A stretch of DNA of 64,000 bases from an uncultured Nitrososphaeraceae archaeon (GCA_963779615.1 CAVZZA010000003.1:416001-480000); one strand, 5' to 3'; counted from the stretch's first letter, positions 28,691 to 39,541 are shown. The notes: a model not told the origin generated them from the letters alone. A program made the numbers and translations.

Positions 28691-30040
28691 TTACCGCCAG
28701 CCAAGAACATCAGCAGTCCTTTTGGCCGCATCGTCCAAAGCCTGCTTGGGTTCCTTGATGTGGTAAAAGACCTCGTCTATTGCCTGTTTTATGTTCTCAG
28801 CTATTTGTGGATATTCGGGAATGTTTGGCCTGCTGTGTCCCTGCGGTATCATGGAGACCAGTTCAGAGTAGTAGGGTATGGTGCTGTTAAGTTGGGATGC
28901 ATATCTTCCCTCACCTATTGGTTTTTGGGTTGGGAGGTAGCCTTCTTGTTGCAGCATTGGTGTCAAAATGTCCGGATTGACCATAAGTGTCAAAAGCTCC
29001 CATGCTAAATCCTTGTGTGGTGATGCTTGAGGGATACTCAACTCCCACCCTCCCATCATTGTAGTTGTGTTGACGTGGGAGGATGGAGTTGGAAACAGCG
29101 GAAGCATGCCTATTCTTTCATCCAATGTATTCCATTCGCTTCTAGGAAAAGTCCCCAACAACCATGATCCTTCCAACATGACTGCAAACTTTTTATCTGC
29201 AAATTCCTGCCCCCAAAAGTGGTTTGGCTGGGGTGCAATACCTGCATCTACCTGTTTTTTTAGGAACCCTAATGCCTCTACTCCCTGTGGGCTATTGAAA
29301 GTGGGATACCAGTATGACCCCTTTTCAGGATGGTTCGGTCTTTGTTCAAGTATTTGACCTCCAAGCATCCATAAATATGGGTACCACATGTCAGGCGAAT
29401 GAGCCGCTCCAACTAAATGCACCCCTTGGATTCCGCGGTCCTTCAATACATTGTTTAGTTTTTTGGCAGACTCTATATAGCCGTTCCATGTAGTCAGGTT
29501 TTCGGGGTTAATTCCGGCTTCTTTTATTAGGTCTTTCCAATACCACAATGCCCGCACGTCAGTCCATGACCAAATGCCATATGTTTTGTTGTTGTACTTG
29601 CCTCCTTCCCAGTTGGTCGGATACCATTCATTGGCTCTGCCCCAGTCTTTTGCCCTGTCGGTCAAGTCCATGAGAAAGCCACCTTCTGCAAATTCTCCAA
29701 GCCATATTTGATCTACGGATATCAAATCTATTGGGGTTTTCCCCGCCAGGGAAGTCAATATCTGTGTTCTGGTTGTGTCATATGGCAGCACACGATGGTC
29801 GATCTGGATATCCAGTTCTGGATGGTTTTGCCTCAACTTGACTAAAGCCTTTTCAAACAGGATATCCCATCTTTCCTTGGGTTCGGCAACAATTGCAGTG
29901 AGTTTTACTTGTTGCTGGCCGAATACTGTTTCACAATTATTTTGCATGTAAACAGACACAAAGACAATTAAAGCTAATGCAGTCAGTGAAGATGCAAATA
30001 ACTTCATTAGTCTTATAGCTATAGCACCTTTTTTAAGCAT
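28691..30040 (-). CDS. Carbohydrate ABC transporter substrate-binding protein
   Basis: N-terminal TM anchor; DLISVDQIWLGEFAEGGFL, GGWEL, RPNIPEYPQI; start could be a few codons later. Confidence 0.92.
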   Translation of the reverse strand: MLKKGAIAIRLMKLFASSLTALALIVFVSVYMQNNCETVFGQQQVKLTAIVAEPKERWDILFEKALVKLRQNHPELDIQIDHRVLPYDTTRTQILTSLAGKTPIDLISVDQIWLGEFAEGGFLMDLTDRAKDWGRANEWYPTNWEGGKYNNKTYGIWSWTDVRALWYWKDLIKEAGINPENLTTWNGYIESAKKLNNVLKDRGIQGVHLVGAAHSPDMWYPYLWMLGGQILEQRPNHPEKGSYWYPTFNSPQGVEALGFLKKQVDAGIAPQPNHFWGQEFADKKFAVMLEGSWLLGTFPRSEWNTLDERIGMLPLFPTPSSHVNTTTMMGGWELSIPQASPHKDLAWELLTLMVNPDILTPMLQQEGYLPTQKPIGEGRYASQLNSTIPYYSELVSMIPQGHSRPNIPEYPQIAENIKQAIDEVFYHIKEPKQALDDAAKRTADVLGWR

Positions 30041-30138
30041 TACTCGTAGTAAAAATCCCCAACTGCCTCATTTCCAGAATAATAACCTGTTTTAAATGTT
30101 CATTAGGTTATGGGACAATGAACCGTTAGGCGCGACAA

Positions 30139-31224
30139 TCAATCTACCCTCATTCCTTCTTGGTTGAAACAATGTATCTTTGAATACTCAATTCCCAGTT
30201 CTATTTTTTCACCAGGATGGAAGTTGTTTGATATGGTGTTTGTTGCAACAAGTAAATTATTTGATTCAACATTTACCTCGATTATAGTGTCATCACCCAG
30301 CATTTCAATAAAAGTTACAACTCCCTGGAATCTTATCTCTGCCGTCACATTTGCTCCTTTAGCGATAATTATGTCCCTTGGTCTTACTCCAAGAACAAAT
30401 TCTGTTGGCATATTTTTCCCCAGTAATGACTTGTCGGCAAGTGGAATAGATACCGATCCCGAAAATAAATGCATTGACTTGTCACTGACTGACCCCTTGA
30501 TTAAATTCATAGGCGGGTTGCCGATAAACTGGCCCACAAATGTATTCTTGGGATGGTTATAAACCTCATCGGGAGTTCCGATGTGCTGTATCATGCCGTT
30601 TTTCATTACGGCAATCCTATCAGCCATGCTCATGGCCTCAACTTGATCATGTGTTATGTAAAGGGTGGTTATTCTAATCTTCTTTTGGAGTTTCTTTATT
30701 TCTGTCCTCATGTGCGTTCGAAGCTTTGCATCCAAATTACTCAGTGGTTCATCCATGAGAAACAATTTGGGTTCCCTGACCAAAGCTCTACCTAGGGCCA
30801 CCCTTTGCATCTGTCCACCGCTTAGTTCCTTTGGTTTTCTCCCCAAAAGTTCTCTTATGCCCAAAAGTTCTGCCATGTCAGTGACTTTTTCTTGAATGAG
30901 GGATTTGGATTTCCTTCTCATTTTTAGCGGGAATGCAATGTTGTCATAAACCGACATGTGCGGGTAAAGAGCATAGTTTTGAAAAACCATTGCCACATCT
31001 CTGTCCCGGGGAGACAGTTCATTTATTTTTTCATCCCCTAGAAATATTTGTCCACTCGAGGGTGATGCTAAGCCTGCTATGCACCTTAATGCGGTGGTCT
31101 TTCCGCACCCAGATGGACCCAAAAGCACCATGAATTCTCCAGATTGGATGTCGATGCTAAAACCATTCAGTACGTTCGCATCTCCGTACTTTTTGGTGAG
31201 TTTTTCTATCTTGAGATTGACCAT
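30139..31224 (-). CDS. Carbohydrate ABC transporter ATP-binding protein (MalK/MsmX type)
   Basis: GPSGCGKTT, VFQNYALYPHM, LSGGQMQR, DEPLSNLDAKLR, C-terminal TOBE region. Confidence 0.96.
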   Translation of the reverse strand: MVNLKIEKLTKKYGDANVLNGFSIDIQSGEFMVLLGPSGCGKTTALRCIAGLASPSSGQIFLGDEKINELSPRDRDVAMVFQNYALYPHMSVYDNIAFPLKMRRKSKSLIQEKVTDMAELLGIRELLGRKPKELSGGQMQRVALGRALVREPKLFLMDEPLSNLDAKLRTHMRTEIKKLQKKIRITTLYITHDQVEAMSMADRIAVMKNGMIQHIGTPDEVYNHPKNTFVGQFIGNPPMNLIKGSVSDKSMHLFSGSVSIPLADKSLLGKNMPTEFVLGVRPRDIIIAKGANVTAEIRFQGVVTFIEMLGDDTIIEVNVESNNLLVATNTISNNFHPGEKIELGIEYSKIHCFNQEGMRVD

Positions 31225-32124
31225 GTCTAGCCTTGTCTGAGGTTTATTATAATTTGTACCACAATAAAGAATTACGTCAGAATGATTGATGAAAGCATTC
31301 TATAGCATAGAGCGGCATATAAAAAGTTCTCGACAAATGATCTTAAAACTTTCTGTGGGTGATGCTTCTACAGCCGGCAGGGGATTACAAAGAATATCAG
31401 AACTTGTATTGCAAATCGGTGACTTTTGTGTAACGTGCATCTCCAGCAGCGTTCATCTGGGATACAATTAGCCTATTCACACATATTTTGTATTTTTATC
31501 AAAATGGAATGCAAAAATACTAGAACCAAGAGATGGAATAGGCGGTCACTAAATTCCCAAATATACAAATATGTCCATCAATTCATAGGACATCATCAAA
31601 AGTAAGACACCCCAGGCAGCGATTGAGATTGATGAAGATTCTAGAGCATACGATCTAGCTAAGACGCAACCTAACACACAGGGTAAACATGAAATGTCCT
31701 AAGCAAAATCACCGATTGATATCCAACTAAAACAGTGACAGAGGTTTTAGGCAGCATTAAGAATTAGAAAAGACGATTCTTTCATACCCATGATTTCATA
31801 TCCGGAATAGCTCAATTTTACAATTGGAATTAAAATACAAATTGCTAAGGGCCATTGTTACTTGAATTCGGGTAAATCCAAATTCCATTGTTCTATGCAA
31901 TCTCATGTTTGGAACAAAAATGGAATTATAATAAATATTTCTTGTCTGTTGAAGCACGGGGAAGTGGGTCCGAGTAATAGAAATACATATAGCAAGAATT
32001 TATACATCCCCAGTTAAACGGACCTTTATTGGCATGTCATGTCAGTTCATAATAGCCTATGAACCAGATTTTGATCCATAGCGATAATCCTCTGGTTTGA
32101 TTCACTTCCTGTAAACTTATAGTT

Positions 32125-32172
32125 TTATGCCATTTTTGCCGCAAACCACACCGGTCCACACTTATAACGGTG
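32125..32172 (+). repeat. Third copy of the core atgccatttttgccgca...ccacc.gtcca...ataacggt (others at ~9563-9610 and ~20980-21026)
   Basis: Direct sequence match; can be read as CHFCR.PHRS.LI.VL. Confidence 0.7.
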
Positions 32173-32283
32173 CTAAAATACGGTCCAGACGATAATAGAG
32201 CAATCGATAATGGATACAACAGGTATGATAGCAGAAATTATGTCTATACAACCACCCATTTCCATACAGTGTTTAATCGACAG

Positions 32284-33627
32284 TCACAGAATGCTCTTTG
32301 GTGGCAACATGTTGCAATCAAGGGTCTCATCCAGCCAATCAAATATCCTTTGGTTTGAGAGAGCAGGGGCTCCGCATTGACAGTGCTCTTCTGCACCTTC
32401 CCCCTCTGTAAAGAGGATGTATTTCTTTGAGGAGGATCCTGTTAACCCATCATGCACTTTCTTTGGCTGTCCGGGAAATGAATCATCCTTCTCGGCATCA
32501 AGGACCAGGGTTGGGCACTGAATGTTTTTTAAAATGTCTTTTGTTGTATAGTTTTTAGAGCCGATTATAAGGTCATAAGGTGAATTTGTCCCGGTTGTCC
32601 ACATCCCATGCAACACGTTAAACCTTACATTTGGATCGGACTCCATGAGGTTTGTTATTGCTGCATTGACAACTTCTGAATTGCCTTCCTCTATCGCCGT
32701 TAGTAGCGGTTTGTGGAAACTAGACGCCATAGCCTCATATCCATCATAAACACCATTATAGAGAACACACGCGGATATGCGGTGCTCAAAAGCAGCAGCT
32801 CTGGCAGCCAGATAGCCTCCCATGCTTATTCCCATCAATGCAATACGGTCTGCATCAATGCCGTATTCTTCCTTTCTGTTCATAACAAAGTCTATGACGG
32901 GAGTCACAACTTTTTCCCAATCCTGTCTGAATGGAATCTTTTGCTTACGTATGACCCCACCTTGACCAGGCCCCTCAAATGTCAGGCAGTTATATCCTCT
33001 TTCTAGCGCTGGAGCAGCAGCAGACGAGTATAGTTCTTCCAAGGTGGAATCAAAACCCCCATGGGCTATCAAAGTTGGACGAGGGTATGAGGACGGAGGA
33101 ATTGATGGTGGTGGCTTGTTATTGTTGTAATCATCATTGTTATTGCCATTATTGGCACTAATGATCGTAGTGTTATTGACTCCACTATCACCATAAACTT
33201 TCGGATGTTGATAAAAATGGCCAGGCAGGGTAGTTGTCCCTTCATATGGTATTTCTATTGGCTCCACAACAAATGGGAAAAGGCGGGCGGCCTTACTAAA
33301 GCATTCTTTGCTGTTTCCCCATGTGGCCTGAATCCTCGAATCCGCCGGATCCATAATCAAAAACTCTGAAACACGGTAGTAGTTTGAGGCTCTAAGGTAT
33401 GCCTCTCGAGCACTTGTGGTATGACCTTCAGATAGACACCTGTCTGCGTAGCTGTGAACCCTTTTGGCTGTATTTAACCATTCTACATGCCAGCTTTCAA
33501 AATCACCCTCCTTGATGCGATAGGCGGTAGAGAGGCATTCACCGATATCGGCTCCCTTATAGTATGTTTCGCTTAGTGCCCTAAGCAGTTGCAAAGAAAA
33601 AGTGGGATCATTAAATACAATTTTCAA
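32284..33627 (-). CDS. Alpha/beta hydrolase (FrsA/DUF1100, dihydropseudooxynicotine-hydrolase-like)
   Basis: GADIGEC, GGFDS, EGPGQG, GISMGG nucleophile, GAEEHCQ. Confidence 0.9.
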   Translation of the reverse strand: MKIVFNDPTFSLQLLRALSETYYKGADIGECLSTAYRIKEGDFESWHVEWLNTAKRVHSYADRCLSEGHTTSAREAYLRASNYYRVSEFLIMDPADSRIQATWGNSKECFSKAARLFPFVVEPIEIPYEGTTTLPGHFYQHPKVYGDSGVNNTTIISANNGNNNDDYNNNKPPPSIPPSSYPRPTLIAHGGFDSTLEELYSSAAAPALERGYNCLTFEGPGQGGVIRKQKIPFRQDWEKVVTPVIDFVMNRKEEYGIDADRIALMGISMGGYLAARAAAFEHRISACVLYNGVYDGYEAMASSFHKPLLTAIEEGNSEVVNAAITNLMESDPNVRFNVLHGMWTTGTNSPYDLIIGSKNYTTKDILKNIQCPTLVLDAEKDDSFPGQPKKVHDGLTGSSSKKYILFTEGEGAEEHCQCGAPALSNQRIFDWLDETLDCNMLPPKSIL

Positions 33628-33759
33628 CCTTGTGGTGTTTATGTTATAACGGCTAAATATAAAGACAATTACAAAATGCTGCTGCCATTTTTTCTAATGC
33701 ATGGCTACTACTACCAATAATAAAGAGGAAGGCCATTCTGGTAATCGTAAAGTCAATGT

Positions 33760-34320
33760 TAGCAACTCGTTCCGTCTTTTCCCTAAGTACATAAACTATA
33801 GATCATGACCTCAATATCCAAGGAAAACTATGAGCTCATAACCTGGCCTTGCAAGGGAACTGCCAAGGCCGCCACGGATCAGATAATAGGCGTTTATACT
33901 GTGGAGTTTCAGGTTCACCCCAACTGAAGTGTGATGATTTACGTTGGATGCAGATACAGGCCTTTTAGGCTCCATCATGAACAGGATGTTTTGGATAGCC
34001 TTTCTTTTCTAGGTAGGGTAGAAGACAAGTTCAGGATTCATTTGTCTGATGTGAGGGATAATATTGTTCTGCCTGTAAGAAAGTGGATTCTAAAAGATTG
34101 TGACGTCAACAAGGATGTAGAGATTGAGGGGTTGCACAGATAAAATTGTCCGACATAGAAATCCCATTGTTTGGCAGTCCTAATGGCTTATGTAAAACCC
34201 ATAGGGGATAAAGTATTTTATCGGGTTGAGCTGGGCCTTGCGCCTAACAAACAAGTACAAGAGGCATTAGAAGAACTGAGAACGGACATAAAAATAGATA
34301 GATATCTTTTCATTAAGTGA
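33760..34320 (+). pseudogene. 3' remnant of a hypothetical protein, probably mobile-element associated
   Basis: Protein-like across stops/shifts: VHKL...VEFQVHPN*SVMIYVGCRYRPFRL...FLGRVED...KWILKDCDVNKDVEI/AYVKPIGDKVFYRVE...EALEELR. Confidence 0.55.
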
Positions 34321-34355
34321 ACTATTCTTATATAATCCATTTTTGATTTAGGTTT

Positions 34356-34646
34356 ATGCACAGGTATTTCGATGGCTCTGAAACACCAAAACCAAAAGAC
34401 AATGCATACCAGAGCATAATGCAACGATTAAGCAGCTTTATGGAATGTCTGCCAACAGAAGCAGACAGGCGTCTTTTGTTAAACATGATTTCAGAGTGCT
34501 ACTGCAAATACAATGAGGCCATAAAGTCAAAGGAAAAGGATGACCCAAGCCTGGTTATGCCTTTGGTTATGGCCTTGCTTGTGGATCACCAAGCAATGGT
34601 TGATAAGGTGAAAAACCATAGGAGAAACAATGAAAATCCGCTCTGA
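34356..34646 (+). CDS. Hypothetical helical protein
   Basis: 96-aa ORF with plausible composition directly after the remnant above. Confidence 0.6.
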   Translation: MHRYFDGSETPKPKDNAYQSIMQRLSSFMECLPTEADRRLLLNMISECYCKYNEAIKSKEKDDPSLVMPLVMALLVDHQAMVDKVKNHRRNNENPL

Positions 34647-34677
34647 CGGGACGACCGACACATCTGGAGGTGAACAA

Positions 34678-35685
34678 GTGGCAATGGATTCAAATCTCCA
34701 AGTCACCCCAAGTACCCCAAGTACTCGGCCAAGACGGGAACGCGTTGGACTAGTCGTGGATGGGTCCAACGCGGCGGCTGCTGTCAAAACCGTTGTTTCA
34801 GCAGAAGCTGCCGGAGTGCGACAGGTATGGATGGGTCAGCCTCCCTTTTGGCCAGACGTAATGACGACATTTGCTGCGGCGGCGGCAAAAACATCCACAA
34901 TATGCCTGGGAACATCAATCGTGCCAACCTATCCGCGTCACCCTCTCGTCCTTGCTCAGCAGGCTTTAGCTTTACACGATCTCGCACCTGGCCGGTTGCG
35001 CCTTGGAATAGGCCCCAGTCACCGATTTATCATAGAAGGAGCCTACGGCTTGCAACAGATAGCACCCTTAAACCATCTTCGCGAATATGTGCAAGTGCTG
35101 CGTGCGGCGCTCTGGGAGGGGAACGTGGATCATCGAGGGCATTACTATAATGTTGCGGCCACATTGCCCCGCACATCGCAGGTTCCAGTGCTTGTTTCGA
35201 CACTGGGAGAGAAGGCATTCAAGTTAGCAGGGCAAATAGCTGATGGAGCCCTTTCCTGGGCATGCCCTGTTCCGTATTTGCTTCACACGGGAATTCCGGC
35301 ATTGCGCACATCAGCAGATGCGTTTGGACGGGCATCTCCACCATTGGTTGCGCATGTGCCAGTAGCGCTTAGCGATGACCGGAGATTTGTACTGGCTGCG
35401 GGACACCAAATGCTTGACTTCTATGCCCATGTTCCTTTCTATGCCAACATGTTCACCAATGCGGGTTTGCCGATAACATCTGATCATCAGGCGGTGTCTG
35501 ATGATCTTGTGGAGAGTTTGGTTGTCTCAGGAAGTGAGGCAACAGTATCTGCGCGATTTACCGAACTTTTGGCAGCAGGCCTGGATGAGCTAATGGTGTC
35601 CCTGGTGCCCACTGCAGGTGCAGGAGGTGGTGATGATGATGATGATGAACAGGCACGACTCGCGCATTTAATCGGTCGGCTATAA
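34678..35685 (+). CDS. LLM-class (luciferase-like) flavin/F420-dependent oxidoreductase
   Basis: LGTSIVPTYPRHP..LAQQA, GRLRLGIGPSH, LAGQIADG; GTG start at 34678 with GGAGGTG at 34666-34672 (ORF open from 34630). Confidence 0.92.
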   Translation: MAMDSNLQVTPSTPSTRPRRERVGLVVDGSNAAAAVKTVVSAEAAGVRQVWMGQPPFWPDVMTTFAAAAAKTSTICLGTSIVPTYPRHPLVLAQQALALHDLAPGRLRLGIGPSHRFIIEGAYGLQQIAPLNHLREYVQVLRAALWEGNVDHRGHYYNVAATLPRTSQVPVLVSTLGEKAFKLAGQIADGALSWACPVPYLLHTGIPALRTSADAFGRASPPLVAHVPVALSDDRRFVLAAGHQMLDFYAHVPFYANMFTNAGLPITSDHQAVSDDLVESLVVSGSEATVSARFTELLAAGLDELMVSLVPTAGAGGGDDDDDEQARLAHLIGRL

Positions 35686-35919
35686 AGTTGCGAATAGTCA
35701 TCACAGTTCAAAACCTTAACTGAAAGGCAGATCTAGCAGAAGGAGGGTGAAGCGCCTCCCTTCGTTATGCCAGGGTGAGGCCAAAAATACCACATGGATT
35801 TTCTTCCACAGGTATTGCAGATATAGCAAATCCAGTGGCTCCCAACCTCTTCTTATTCCGATTTGGATTGTCTGACTTAAGGCACATAATGGAAATCGAG
35901 CAAGGATTATTGTTTGTTC

Positions 35920-36165
35920 CTGTCTGTGTGTGCCTGTTAGGAAAAGGAGTGGATTGCTGCTAAAGCAGCAGGGACTAAAATGGTTGTTGATCTTTTGAAA
36001 TGGTCTGTTGGGAATGAGCATAGCACCTTATTCTCACGGTGCATGATAAGGCGGCTGTTTTGGAGGCTGCCGCAAATGCAGTCGTTTGGTGGTTTTGACA
36101 TATTCCACCATTAAAATGGAAGGCACCATAACCAGGCTACCTTCAACAGGAAGAATATGCATAGC
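35920..36165. repeat. Diverged dispersed repeat, copy 2 (homologous to 345-580)
   Basis: See copy 1. Confidence 0.7.
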
Positions 36166-36254
36166 ATGGCAAATTAGAAATTAAAATTATTGCCAATAAA
36201 CCCACCTATTATCTCCAAGTAAAGAAAAATTTTGGACTCGTCCCATCCCTCACA

Positions 36255-38204
36255 TCAGGTTAACTTTTCTACCAGAAATTCTGCGGCTTTCTTTAATGCC
36301 CTTATTTGATTACTATATTTAGTAAAGCCATGCCCTTCGTCTTCAAAAACCATGTAATCCACATCCAACCCCTTGTCACTTAGCTTTTTGACTATTTGAT
36401 CGGATTCGCTTTTTGCTACCCGGGGGTCATTGGCACCCTGTATCACCAACAAGCTAGTTGCCGGGTTAATGTCATCTACAAAAGTAATTGGGGATCTTTC
36501 GTTCAGGAAACGCTCTTCCTTTTCCGGATTGCCTACCAGCTCGAACGTAAAGTTCTTCCAATGCTCTGGAACAGTCTTAAGAAAGGTAACAAGATTGCTT
36601 GGGCCCACTATATCCACCGCAGCCCTCAGGCCATACTGGGGCAGCCTGGTTACACAGCTTAGCGTGGCAAACCCCCCAAAACTGCCGCCAAAAACGCCTA
36701 TTCTTTTAGGATCAACCCAATCCTGGGACAGCAGCCATTTTATTGCGTGTTCAATGTCTTTTAGTTCATTGCCGCCCCAGTCATGGTATATCCTTTTCTC
36801 AAAGCTTTTTCCATAACCAGTACTTCCCCTAAAGTTTGGTGCAACAACCGCCAACCCGTTGTAGGCTAGATACTGATAAAGTCCAGAATAATCATAATAG
36901 GGCCTCTCCTGAGCAGTTGGACCACCATGGATTGACAAGACGGCGCCAAATCTAATGCCGTTTTTTTCAGCTATCTTTTGCAGGCTTGCAGTGGCATCCG
37001 CAGTGGCGAAAGGCTTGTAAAAATAGGCAGAAATCTCCAATGAATCAAAGCTTTTGTATTTCATCAGTTGGGGTTTAATCAGCATGTTCTCGGATAGGTT
37101 GCCAAGCAGAGACGTAGTAACTCTTGTGCAGGGGTATTCTCCGCTCTTGCCTATGTCTACCACATAAACATTGGTTGGAGATGTAGGGCAATCCATCATA
37201 AGGCCTATTCGCGTTCCGTCGGGGGACAGTTTTAACTTCTCAATAACCCCCTCCAAGGAAATGGCGGCGGTGTCTGTAACGAGGGTTAGAGCAACTTCCC
37301 TGACTTTTTGACCCTCCAAGTCCTTGACATACAACTTGCTATAACCGTCCACATTTTCCGTCCATGCAAGCAGCTTTCCATCCAAACCGATATCTATCAA
37401 CTCCACATCGTGCTGGGGAGTCGCTATCCATTCCAGTTGTGATTTGTCAATATGGTAAAATGCAACACCCATAAACTCCCTGTTTAAATCAGATAAAATG
37501 TAAAAGCCATTTCCATTGGGAGACCATGGTCCAACAATAAACCGGCTTTTTTCTTCGCCTAAATCAATTTTTTCCATGCCTCTGCTTTCCAGATCCAGAA
37601 TCCAGATCGAGTAATCTGTAAGAGTAACTAATTGGGAACAGTTTAGTTTTTTGTTGTTTGGAGACCAGTAGCCCGGGATGTACCAGCCTCCTCTATCGGT
37701 AATACAAAAGCTATCGTCGTTGTCGCTTTCCAGATTTCTCACATATACAAGCATATTAGAGGGGTCCTTTTCATTCGAGCCATATGCTATGTGTTTTCCA
37801 TCATGACTAAAACACTCTGATCCCCACTCATACCTAATTTGCGGTTTAAAGGTTATTTGCTCGGGCCAACCATTAAAAACATCCTCTATTTTGTATATCT
37901 GGAAATTTTCATCTCCATTATGGTCTGCAAAAAATATCGCACTGTTATCCGCAGGGGAAGAAAAAACATGTCTTACCGAATTGTCCACAAAATTGGTTAA
38001 GGGATAAGAAGAACACTGCGACTCTTCCAATGCCAAAGCATAACTCTGTCTCCATAAGTTAAACTGTCCATTGGCGTCTGATACACATAACATCCAGGAG
38101 GGGCTCTTAAAGTCAAAATCGATGTACCTTCTGACCGATGCAAACCTTTCGAAAGGATACTGCTTTATCTGTTTGTGTTTCCTGTCCCTGTCGAAATGAA
38201 TCAT
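36255..38204 (-). CDS. S9-family peptidase (acylaminoacyl/dipeptidyl peptidase) with beta-propeller
   Basis: IHGGP, PNFRGSTGYG, GGSFGG, QGANDPRV, DEGHGF catalytic triad motifs. Confidence 0.95.
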   Translation of the reverse strand: MIHFDRDRKHKQIKQYPFERFASVRRYIDFDFKSPSWMLCVSDANGQFNLWRQSYALALEESQCSSYPLTNFVDNSVRHVFSSPADNSAIFFADHNGDENFQIYKIEDVFNGWPEQITFKPQIRYEWGSECFSHDGKHIAYGSNEKDPSNMLVYVRNLESDNDDSFCITDRGGWYIPGYWSPNNKKLNCSQLVTLTDYSIWILDLESRGMEKIDLGEEKSRFIVGPWSPNGNGFYILSDLNREFMGVAFYHIDKSQLEWIATPQHDVELIDIGLDGKLLAWTENVDGYSKLYVKDLEGQKVREVALTLVTDTAAISLEGVIEKLKLSPDGTRIGLMMDCPTSPTNVYVVDIGKSGEYPCTRVTTSLLGNLSENMLIKPQLMKYKSFDSLEISAYFYKPFATADATASLQKIAEKNGIRFGAVLSIHGGPTAQERPYYDYSGLYQYLAYNGLAVVAPNFRGSTGYGKSFEKRIYHDWGGNELKDIEHAIKWLLSQDWVDPKRIGVFGGSFGGFATLSCVTRLPQYGLRAAVDIVGPSNLVTFLKTVPEHWKNFTFELVGNPEKEERFLNERSPITFVDDINPATSLLVIQGANDPRVAKSESDQIVKKLSDKGLDVDYMVFEDEGHGFTKYSNQIRALKKAAEFLVEKLT

Positions 38205-38701
38205 ATTCTTATTCTAGATGAGGCCAGCAATACATATGTATTCTGCAGATGGCACTCAACTCACTGAACCCATGCCTGCTGCTTCCCCTTTCAGCTCTGG
38301 CGATAATGATGATTGTTTACCATAACCACCCTTCTAGCCAGAGTTGAGCATAGGCTAAAGAATCTTACCTACACAGGGGATGGAATTGTTTCTCCTCTGT
38401 CAACTGAACACTCGCAGGCTGTGACTCCAAAAGGGATGCGTGGACATGTACGGCATAACTCAAAAGGCCTGCATTTAATGCAAATGCCTCCCCGTGGAAA
38501 AAACCCTTTTAGCACAGGTAACTGACAGGGGATAAAGCATAGGCGTAGAAAAGTCTTACCGAGCCTATACTCACAGCAGTGGAGGACATAAGGGATGACA
38601 TAGACTGACAAGTATGCCTTTGATGAGGAGATGATGGCAGCAGCAAACAATGGTGAAAATGATGATGCAACCTTTGATTTACCAAACAGCATTTAACAAA
38701 G

Positions 38702-39541
38702 TCATGGGTCATTCATAACCATGTTTTTGGCAAACCATTCTGACGAAAGTTTTGCAACTTCCTCAATTATGTTTTCATTATTGTCAAATAAATGGCCTGC
38801 CTCGGGTACAACCACCAAGTCTTTGGATTTTGAACTTGTTAGATGTTGTAGTGCTTGTCTATTCAATTCTATCATCTCTTCAGAATCCTTTGCCCCAACT
38901 ATCAAGAGAGTTGCAGCTTTGACGTTTTTTAGAGCGTTAGAATCGGCCAAGTCAGGTCTTCCGCCTCTTGAGACAATAGAATATATCCTATGAGAAAGAG
39001 AATTCAGATTTGACGCATCATTAGCTACTGCTGATTCGATGGCTGCGGCTGCTCCAGTGCTTCTTCCAAAATAGCCTATTGGCAAACCATTAACTTCAGA
39101 AATGTTTTCTATTACCCATTTGGTTATGGTTGTTAACCTACTTGAGAGAAGATGAATGTTAAATTTGTTTAGTATGCCACACTCTTCCCTATTGTTGTCC
39201 ATGATTTTTTGATTTTTCATATCTGAATTTACTTCATTTGTCGTAAGTAAATCTGTAAGCAAGGTTGCGAATCCATTGTTATTCAATATGCGGGCTACAT
39301 ACCTGTTTCTGATGCTTTTTCTGCTACTGCTGCTACCATGAGAAAATATTATAAGAGATTTCAAGCCTAGGGACGGATAGGGAACAGATAACTCTCCCTG
39401 CAAATATTCATAATCGTTATCAGCATTAGTATTGATAGTAGTGGTAGCGGCAGTAGTGACAGCATCAGAAAGCGGAGGGATATGGAATTTTATCTTTTTA
39501 TACCCAGCATCATCGGTATCATAGGCGATGTCTTTGTTCAT
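38702..39541 (-). CDS. Dienelactone-hydrolase-family alpha/beta hydrolase, diverged copy
   Basis: FSHGSSSSR.S.RN, GYFGRSTGAAAA, VSRGGRPDLA, AGHLF. Confidence 0.85.
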   Translation of the reverse strand: MNKDIAYDTDDAGYKKIKFHIPPLSDAVTTAATTTINTNADNDYEYLQGELSVPYPSLGLKSLIIFSHGSSSSRKSIRNRYVARILNNNGFATLLTDLLTTNEVNSDMKNQKIMDNNREECGILNKFNIHLLSSRLTTITKWVIENISEVNGLPIGYFGRSTGAAAAIESAVANDASNLNSLSHRIYSIVSRGGRPDLADSNALKNVKAATLLIVGAKDSEEMIELNRQALQHLTSSKSKDLVVVPEAGHLFDNNENIIEEVAKLSSEWFAKNMVMNDP

